Below are positions 58,099 to 64,000 of a stretch of DNA of 64,000 bases, in pieces (positions within the stretch are counted from its first letter, which is position 1; the number at the start of each line of letters is the position of its first letter). The translations under genes and the position numbers were made by a program. The stretch is from Salinivirgaceae bacterium (GTDB lineage: Bacteria > Bacteroidota > Bacteroidia > Bacteroidales > SZUA-534). The notes beneath the pieces are model-generated. The model ran no database searches, had not been told where the DNA came from, and saw only the letters and a list, made by a program, of their open reading frames with translations. The stretch covers positions 13,911 to 77,910 of the forward strand of contig JBFXEW010000005.1 of NCBI GenBank assembly GCA_050179685.1. Direction: 5' to 3'.

Positions 58099-59334
58099 AT
58101 GAATAAAAAAGTATATATGGTAGCCGGATACAACACCGTTTCAATGGGAACCGGCCGCAGTGAATTCAATCCAAAAAAAGCCCGTCCGGGATTGGAACAT
58201 TACATTCAGGAAGCTGGTAAAGCCACCCTGAAGATGATTGGCGGAGCCAAAAATGTTGACGAAAGTGTTATCGGCAACTTTATGGCCGCCCGTTTCAACA
58301 ATCAGGGACATTTGGCTGCCATGATTCCTTCCATCGATTCCGGATTGCAATACAAACCCTCCATTCGGGTCGAAGGAGCCTGCGCTTCAGGCGGATTGGC
58401 GCTAATTTCAGGTATCAAATCGGTCCTGGCCGGAACCGCTGATGTGGTTTTAGCCGTAGGCGTTGAAGTACAAAATACAGTAAAAGCCATGTACGGTGCC
58501 GATCATCTGGCTTTAGCCGGATGGCAACAGAACCGTAAAAAAGGACACGCTTATTTCTTTCCCGGAGAATTTAGTGACCGCGCAAAAGCCTATTATCAAA
58601 AATATGGCGAAGAATACACCCGCAAAGGATTGGCTACCTGGTACAAAAATGCCATCGAAAATGCCCGCCTCTGTCCTACAGCTCAGGAATTTGAAAACAA
58701 AAACACTGATTTATTATCCACCGGAATGACCAAACCTAATGGCAGCATGTTTGTCGATTCACTAAATGTTTTCGACTGTTCCAAGGTTTCTGATGGTGCT
58801 TCGGCTATTGCCATAGTTTCTGAAGAAGGACTAAAACGCATTGGCATCAAAAAGAACGAAGCTATTGAAGTAGTTGGTTTTGGTCAGGTGGAAGAAAATC
58901 TGTTGGAAGATCCTATCAGTCAAACCGAATTGACCACTACCAAAGTAGCTGTTGAAAAAGCACTGAACATGGCCGGAATCTCCCGCGACAAACTGGCTAC
59001 CGTTGAAACCCACGATTGTTTTACCATTGCTGGAATTCTTGCCACCGAAGCTCTTGGATTTGCCAAACCGGGTAAAGGTGCAGCTTTTGTTGCCGAGGGA
59101 AACACCGCACGTTCCGGAGCCATCCCCTTTAATACCACCGGCGGACTCATTGGCTGGGGTCACCCCACCGGAGCTACCGGCGTGCATCAGGCGGTAACCT
59201 TATGGGAACAATTGACCGGAAAAGCAGGAATGGCACAAATTGACATTCCCAAAGAAAAACCTTATGGCTTATCGGTTAATATGGGTGGAAACGACAAAAC
59301 TTTAGTAGCTGTTGTTTACAAAAAAGCGGAATAA
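58099..59334 (+). CDS. thiolase-superfamily protein (SCP-x/nonspecific 3-ketoacyl-CoA thiolase-like)
   Basis: ATG at 58099 with active-site Cys context VEGACASGG and C-terminal HDCF...GGLIGWGHPTGATG. Confidence 0.7.
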   Translation: MNKKVYMVAGYNTVSMGTGRSEFNPKKARPGLEHYIQEAGKATLKMIGGAKNVDESVIGNFMAARFNNQGHLAAMIPSIDSGLQYKPSIRVEGACASGGLALISGIKSVLAGTADVVLAVGVEVQNTVKAMYGADHLALAGWQQNRKKGHAYFFPGEFSDRAKAYYQKYGEEYTRKGLATWYKNAIENARLCPTAQEFENKNTDLLSTGMTKPNGSMFVDSLNVFDCSKVSDGASAIAIVSEEGLKRIGIKKNEAIEVVGFGQVEENLLEDPISQTELTTTKVAVEKALNMAGISRDKLATVETHDCFTIAGILATEALGFAKPGKGAAFVAEGNTARSGAIPFNTTGGLIGWGHPTGATGVHQAVTLWEQLTGKAGMAQIDIPKEKPYGLSVNMGGNDKTLVAVVYKKAE

Positions 59335-59405
59335 ACCTATAAGCAAAAATTGAAAACTAAACCAATTGAATATTTTAACTACCAATTAACTAAATACTAA
59401 ACCAC

Positions 59406-60554
59406 ATGAACTTTGATTTTACCGAAGAACAACAAATGATTCGCCAGGCTGCCCGCGATTACGCCCAGCGCGAACTTATAAAAGATGTTATTGAACGTGA
59501 CGAAAAAGCCATCTTTCCGACCGAACACATTAAAAACCTGTCTGAATTGGGTTTTATGGGTATGCTGGTCGATCCGAAATACGATGGAGGTGGCATGGAC
59601 ACCGTATCGTATGTTCTAGCCATGGAAGAAATTTCAAAAATTGATTCAGCAGTTGGGGTAATCATTTCCGTAAACAATTCTTTGGTATGTTACGGTATTG
59701 AAAAATATGGAACCGAAGAACAAAAAGAAAAATGGTTGAAACCATTGGCACGGGGCGAAAAAATTGGAGCTTTCCTGCTTTCGGAACCCGGAGCCGGTAG
59801 CGATGCCACTTCGCAAAAAACCACGGCTATTGATATGGGCGACCATTACCTGGTGAATGGAGTAAAGAACTGGATAACCAGTGGTAATTCTGCTTCTACT
59901 TATATTGTAATTGCACAAACCGATAAAGAAAAAGGCCATAAAGGAATAAACGCTCTATTGGTTGATAAAAACAGTCCCGGAATTTCTGTCGGAGTACACG
60001 AAAACAAAATGGGCATGCGCAGCAGCGACACCCATTCGGTTCAGTTTACCGATGTAAAAGTTCCCAAAGAAAATCGTTTGGGTGAAGATGGTTTCGGGTT
60101 TAAGTTTGCCATGAAAACCCTTGAAGGCGGTCGTATTGGCATTGCATCACAAGCCTTGGGAATTGCCTCGGGCGCTTACGAACTGGCCGTAAAATACGCC
60201 AAAGAACGCAAAGCGTTTGGAACAGAAATTATTAACCATCAGGCCATTGCTTTTAAATTAGCCGATATGGCTACTGAAATTGAAGCTGCGCGTTTTCTCT
60301 GTTTAAAAGCTGCCTGGCTGAAAGATCAGGGCTTACCCTATGGAAATGCCAGTGCTATGGCCAAACTGTATGCTGCCGAAACTGCCATGAAAGTTACCAC
60401 CGAAGCAGTACAAATTCATGGAGGCTACGGCTATGTAAAGGAATATCATGTGGAACGCATGATGCGCGATGCCAAGCTTACCCAGATTTATGAAGGCACT
60501 TCCGAAATTCAAAAAATAGTAATTTCAAGAGCAATTGCCACCGATAGTTTGTAA
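59406..60554 (+). CDS. short/medium-chain acyl-CoA dehydrogenase (butyryl-CoA dehydrogenase-like)
   Basis: 382 aa with [18 protein letters not shown] and catalytic YEGTSEI. Confidence 0.9.
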   Translation: MNFDFTEEQQMIRQAARDYAQRELIKDVIERDEKAIFPTEHIKNLSELGFMGMLVDPKYDGGGMDTVSYVLAMEEISKIDSAVGVIISVNNSLVCYGIEKYGTEEQKEKWLKPLARGEKIGAFLLSEPGAGSDATSQKTTAIDMGDHYLVNGVKNWITSGNSASTYIVIAQTDKEKGHKGINALLVDKNSPGISVGVHENKMGMRSSDTHSVQFTDVKVPKENRLGEDGFGFKFAMKTLEGGRIGIASQALGIASGAYELAVKYAKERKAFGTEIINHQAIAFKLADMATEIEAARFLCLKAAWLKDQGLPYGNASAMAKLYAAETAMKVTTEAVQIHGGYGYVKEYHVERMMRDAKLTQIYEGTSEIQKIVISRAIATDSL

Positions 60555-60580
60555 TTCTTTTTTTAATAAATTCTATTAAC

Positions 60581-61330
60581 ATGAAAATATTAGTTTGTAT
60601 AAGTAATGTTCCCGATACAACCACTAAAGTAAAATTTATCGATAACCAAACCCGCTTCGACAGCTCCGGAGTACAATGGATTATTAATCCCTGGGATGAA
60701 CTGGCACTTACCCGGGCCGTTGATTTAAAGGAAGATGGCTCGAACCCGGTGAATGAAGTGGTAGTACTCAGTGTGGGCTTGGCCGATACCGAACCCACCT
60801 TGCGAAAGTGCTTGGCAATAGGCGCCGACAAGGCTATTCGCATCGATACAGAACCCAAAGATGCCTTTTTTGTATCGCAACAAATTGCTGCTTATGTAAA
60901 AGCCAATGCTTTTGATTTTGTGGTATTCGGAATTGAATCGGGCGATTATAATGGGTCTTCGGTGGGTGCTATGGTAGCCGAATGGCTCGATGTTCCATCG
61001 GTTTCTTCCGTTTCGGGCATACGCTTCGACGGTTCCCAGGCTCTGATTGAACGCGACACCCCAACAGGAAAAGAACAAATTGAAGTCAGCGAAACAGCCG
61101 TACTTATTGTGCAGAAAGGTTTTGCCAAAGAACCCAAAATACCCAACATGCGAGGTATTATGATGGCCCGCCAAAAACCACTGGAACTTTTTCCAGCTGT
61201 TGAAGCAGAGGCCCTTACCAACTTTGTGGGTTTTGAACTTCCTCAGGCAAAAGCCAAAGTAAAAATGGTTGACGCCGATAATATGGCCGAACTGGTAAAA
61301 CTTCTGAGTACCGAAGCCAAAGTATTGTAA
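60581..61330 (+). CDS. etfB: electron transfer flavoprotein beta subunit
   Basis: 249 aa with MKILVCISNVPDTTTKVKF and the overall EtfB pattern. Confidence 0.9.
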   Translation: MKILVCISNVPDTTTKVKFIDNQTRFDSSGVQWIINPWDELALTRAVDLKEDGSNPVNEVVVLSVGLADTEPTLRKCLAIGADKAIRIDTEPKDAFFVSQQIAAYVKANAFDFVVFGIESGDYNGSSVGAMVAEWLDVPSVSSVSGIRFDGSQALIERDTPTGKEQIEVSETAVLIVQKGFAKEPKIPNMRGIMMARQKPLELFPAVEAEALTNFVGFELPQAKAKVKMVDADNMAELVKLLSTEAKVL

Positions 61331-61359
61331 TTTAATTAGTAAACAAAAAAACAGCGAAC

Positions 61360-62331
61360 ATGTCAGTATTGGTATATATCGAGAATTTTAACGGTAAAAT
61401 AAAGAAACAAAGCTTTGAACTGGCTTCGTATGCCGGTAAAGTAGCCGCAGGTATGGGCACCTTTCCGCTTGCTTTGGTTACAGGTAAAATTGACGAAAGT
61501 GAAATTCAAAAACTGGGAACCTACGGAATTAAAAAAACACTAAAAGTTGAAAACGACGCCTTTTCAAGTCAAAACGATAAGCTTATTGCTCAATTGATTA
61601 AGCAGGTGGCAGAAAAAGAACAGGCCGAACTGCTGCTTTTTTCCGACAATGCCACAGGAAAAGCGCTGGCTCCCCGTTTATCGGTAAAGCTTAAAGCCGG
61701 TCTGGTTTCTGGAGTTGTTGCCGAACCCATCAGCACCAGTCCCTTTGTAATTGCCAAGCGGGTGTTTTCAGGCAAAGCAAGTGCAAAGGTTCAAATAAAC
61801 TCATCGGTTAAAATAGTAACACTGGCCGTAAACGCTTTTGGTTTGCATGAGCAGGCAGTCTCCAACGAGATTGCTACAATTGAACCTGAGTTTGACCTGA
61901 GCGATGCATCGATAAAAATAGTTGATAAAAAAGAGAAGCGTGAAGGCATCTCCTTGTTTGATGCTGACATTGTTGTAAGTGGCGGTCGCGGAATGAAGGG
62001 TGCCGAAAACTGGAAACCCCTCGAGGAACTGGCCAGCGCGTTGGGAGCTGCTACGGCTTGCAGTCGGCCGGTGAGTGACGACGGCTGGCGCAGTCATGAG
62101 GAGCACGTAGGGCAAACCGGAAAAGTTATCGCTCCAAATCTTTATTTAGCGGTAGGAATTTCAGGAGCTACCCAGCATGTGGCCGGAATAAACCGCTCAA
62201 AGTGCATTGTGGCCATTAACAACGATTCCGATGCCCCCATTTTTGAAGTAGCCGATTACGGTGTTTTGGGCGATGCCATGCAGGTACTGCCCAAACTTAC
62301 CGAAGCGGTTAAAGCATTTAAAGGCGAATAA
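61360..62331 (+). CDS. etfA: electron transfer flavoprotein alpha subunit
   Basis: 323 aa with the FAD-binding C-terminal block VSGGRG...VGQTGK.V.P.LY.A.GISGA.QH..G. Confidence 0.9.
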   Translation: MSVLVYIENFNGKIKKQSFELASYAGKVAAGMGTFPLALVTGKIDESEIQKLGTYGIKKTLKVENDAFSSQNDKLIAQLIKQVAEKEQAELLLFSDNATGKALAPRLSVKLKAGLVSGVVAEPISTSPFVIAKRVFSGKASAKVQINSSVKIVTLAVNAFGLHEQAVSNEIATIEPEFDLSDASIKIVDKKEKREGISLFDADIVVSGGRGMKGAENWKPLEELASALGAATACSRPVSDDGWRSHEEHVGQTGKVIAPNLYLAVGISGATQHVAGINRSKCIVAINNDSDAPIFEVADYGVLGDAMQVLPKLTEAVKAFKGE

Positions 62332-62345
62332 CAAACCCTATACTT

Positions 62346-63632
62346 ATGATAAAACAAGTATTGTTTATCGTTCTGTTGTCGGTTACCTTAGTGGTTTTTG
62401 CCTTTACGGTAAACCGGCTTTGGAAGCTATTCCGGCTGACAAAAAAAACCCCTCCGATAAAAGACTGGGGCAAACGGTTTAACCTGACGCTGGCTGTTGC
62501 CTTTGGGCAAAGCAAAATTCTTCGCAAACCACTGATTGGCTTCCTCCACGCGCTGGTATTCTGGGGCTTTCTGGTTATCACGGTGGGCAGTATCGAAATG
62601 GTTATCGATGGTGTCTTTGGTCTGGAACGAGCCTTTGCCGGCAGTGGCTGGTTTTATAAGGTAATTACCGCTTCGGGCGATGTGTTTGCCTACATCATCG
62701 CCTTAGGAATCATTGCTTTTCTGGTTCGCAGGCAGTTTATGCAGATAAAACGCTTCAGCGGCATTGAACTGAAACCCAAGAATAAGCGCGATGCGAACCT
62801 GGCGCTGGCTATGATTCTCTTTCTGATGATTTCACTTATCGGAATTAATCTGGCTTACCTGAATCAAAAGCCTGAACCGGTGCTGGGTCTTTATCCGATT
62901 TCCGGTTTATTGGCCAACTATTGGCAAATAAATCTGACCCAGGCTCATGTAGTTTTTGAAGTAAGCTGGTGGAGTCACATTCTGTTGATATTTATTTTTG
63001 CGAACTACCTGCCCTACTCCAAGCACTTCCATGTGTTTATGTCGATTCCCAATGTCTTTTTCAGTAATCTGGAACCCCTGGGAAAACTTCCTAACATGGA
63101 AGCTGTAACCAAAGAAGTTCAGTTGATGCTGGGCGGCAATGCGTTTCAGGATACCGGCGACCAGGCTCCTGCCCGCTTTGGGGTAAAGGATGTGGAAGAT
63201 GTGAGTTGGAAAAATTATATGGATGCCTTAACCTGCACCCAGTGCGGACGTTGTACCGAGGTTTGTCCGGCCAACCTGACCGGCAAAAAGCTATCGCCGC
63301 GAAAAATATTTGTGGATCTGCGGAACCGGATGAACGAGAAAGGCCTGCAACTAATTAAGAACCCGGAATACACCGACCAGAAAGCACTGGTCAGCGACGA
63401 ATACATCAGCTACGAAGAGCTTTGGGCCTGTACCACCTGCAATGCCTGTGCCCAGGAATGTCCCCTGAATATCAGTCATCCGAACCTGATAATGGATATG
63501 CGGCGGTACCTGGTAATGGAAGAAGGACGCGCTCCGTCGGGTATTAATGCCATGTTTGCCAATATCGAAAACAACGGTGCTCCCTGGCAATTCTCACCCG
63601 AAGACCGTCTGGAATGGACGAAGGGGGATTGA
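62346..63632 (+). CDS. membrane-anchored 2x[4Fe-4S] ferredoxin-domain oxidoreductase subunit (HdrD/GlpC-like; candidate ETF:menaquinone oxidoreductase part 1)
   Basis: 428 aa with ~5 N-terminal TM helices, then CTQCGRCTEVCP and CTTCNACAQECP. It directly follows etfBA. Confidence 0.7.
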   Translation: MIKQVLFIVLLSVTLVVFAFTVNRLWKLFRLTKKTPPIKDWGKRFNLTLAVAFGQSKILRKPLIGFLHALVFWGFLVITVGSIEMVIDGVFGLERAFAGSGWFYKVITASGDVFAYIIALGIIAFLVRRQFMQIKRFSGIELKPKNKRDANLALAMILFLMISLIGINLAYLNQKPEPVLGLYPISGLLANYWQINLTQAHVVFEVSWWSHILLIFIFANYLPYSKHFHVFMSIPNVFFSNLEPLGKLPNMEAVTKEVQLMLGGNAFQDTGDQAPARFGVKDVEDVSWKNYMDALTCTQCGRCTEVCPANLTGKKLSPRKIFVDLRNRMNEKGLQLIKNPEYTDQKALVSDEYISYEELWACTTCNACAQECPLNISHPNLIMDMRRYLVMEEGRAPSGINAMFANIENNGAPWQFSPEDRLEWTKGD

Positions 63633-63804
63633 CAATGAGCAATTAACAATGAGCAATTAACAATGAATAATTATCAATGAACAATTATCAAATACCAAAA
63701 AATCAAATATCAAAAATTCTCAAGTATTAAGTCTAGAATCTAATTTCTAAAGTCTAAATTCTAGTTTCTAGAAGTCTAGCAACCAGAGACAAGAGACCAG
63801 AAAC
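63630..63804 (+). repeat. heptad arrays (modules A-D-C) filling the gap between the two Fe-S oxidoreductase genes
   Basis: CAATGAG/CAATTAA 7-mers start at the TGA stop (63630), followed by CAAATAC/CAAATAT-type, TAAGTCT/AAAGTCT/AGTTTCT-type and CAGAGAC AAGAGAC CAGAAAC. The ATG lies 42 nt later. Confidence 0.85.
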
Positions 63805-63846
63805 TTAAACAATACAGTACTAAAAGAATAACCTACTAATACAACT

Positions 63847-64000
63847 ATGAATCAAATACACGTACCGGTAATGGCCGAGCTGGCCGCAGCAGGAAAAAGC
63901 CCCGATATTCTTTACTGGGTGGGCTGTGCCGGCGCCTTCGACGAGCGTTATAAAAAAGTTTCGCGCTCGTTTGCCAAGCTGCTAAACCATGCAGGGGTTA
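63847..64000 (+). CDS. (Fe-S)-binding CCG-domain protein, N-terminal part (3' end outside window)
   Basis: MNQIHVPVMAEL...ILYWVGCAGAFDERYKK is the cysteine-rich CCG-domain start typical of HdrD/GlpC-like partners. The frame is open to the window end. Confidence 0.65.
   Translation, partial: MNQIHVPVMAELAAAGKSPDILYWVGCAGAFDERYKKVSRSFAKLLNHAGV

Overview
This looks like an origin-proximal chromosomal segment (dnaA at 962-2389) of a Bacteroidota-type genome. That assignment is an inference from protein signatures such as a GYDIA-family GHMP kinase, lipoprotein-type signal peptides and TAnnTTTG-like promoter boxes. About 55 protein genes are supportable and most are core metabolism. They include pyrD, lipA, NDH-2, tandem MiaB/MtaB methylthiotransferases, a near-complete menaquinone cluster (thioesterase, menF, menD, menB, menA and a fused menC-menE ORF), and a beta-oxidation-like operon (crotonase, hydroxyacyl-CoA DH, thiolase, ACAD, EtfBA, membrane Fe-S oxidoreductase). 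A 10-kb colinear block joins leucine-catabolic genes (methylcrotonyl-CoA carboxylase, hydratase, ACAD) directly to mevalonate-pathway genes (HMG-CoA reductase, two GHMP kinases, decarboxylase). The accessory part is 32.4-43.3 kb. It holds an AT-rich PstI/BsuBI-like R-M pair, a visibly GC-richer methyltransferase plus Na+/solute symporter pair, and the most unusual signal in the window: a modular family of degenerate heptanucleotide arrays plus hairpin-rich unique cores. This family fills whole intergenic gaps, is always co-oriented with the flanking genes, supplies or directly abuts the stop codons of three genes, and at 39.4-40.9 kb forms three tandem ~500-bp units that look like a candidate novel structured RNA or repeat locus. 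I saw no rRNA, tRNA, CRISPR array or transposase gene. All calls come from reading the sequence and ORF track by eye. No searches, folds or statistics were run, and repeat boundaries are good to a few nt only.
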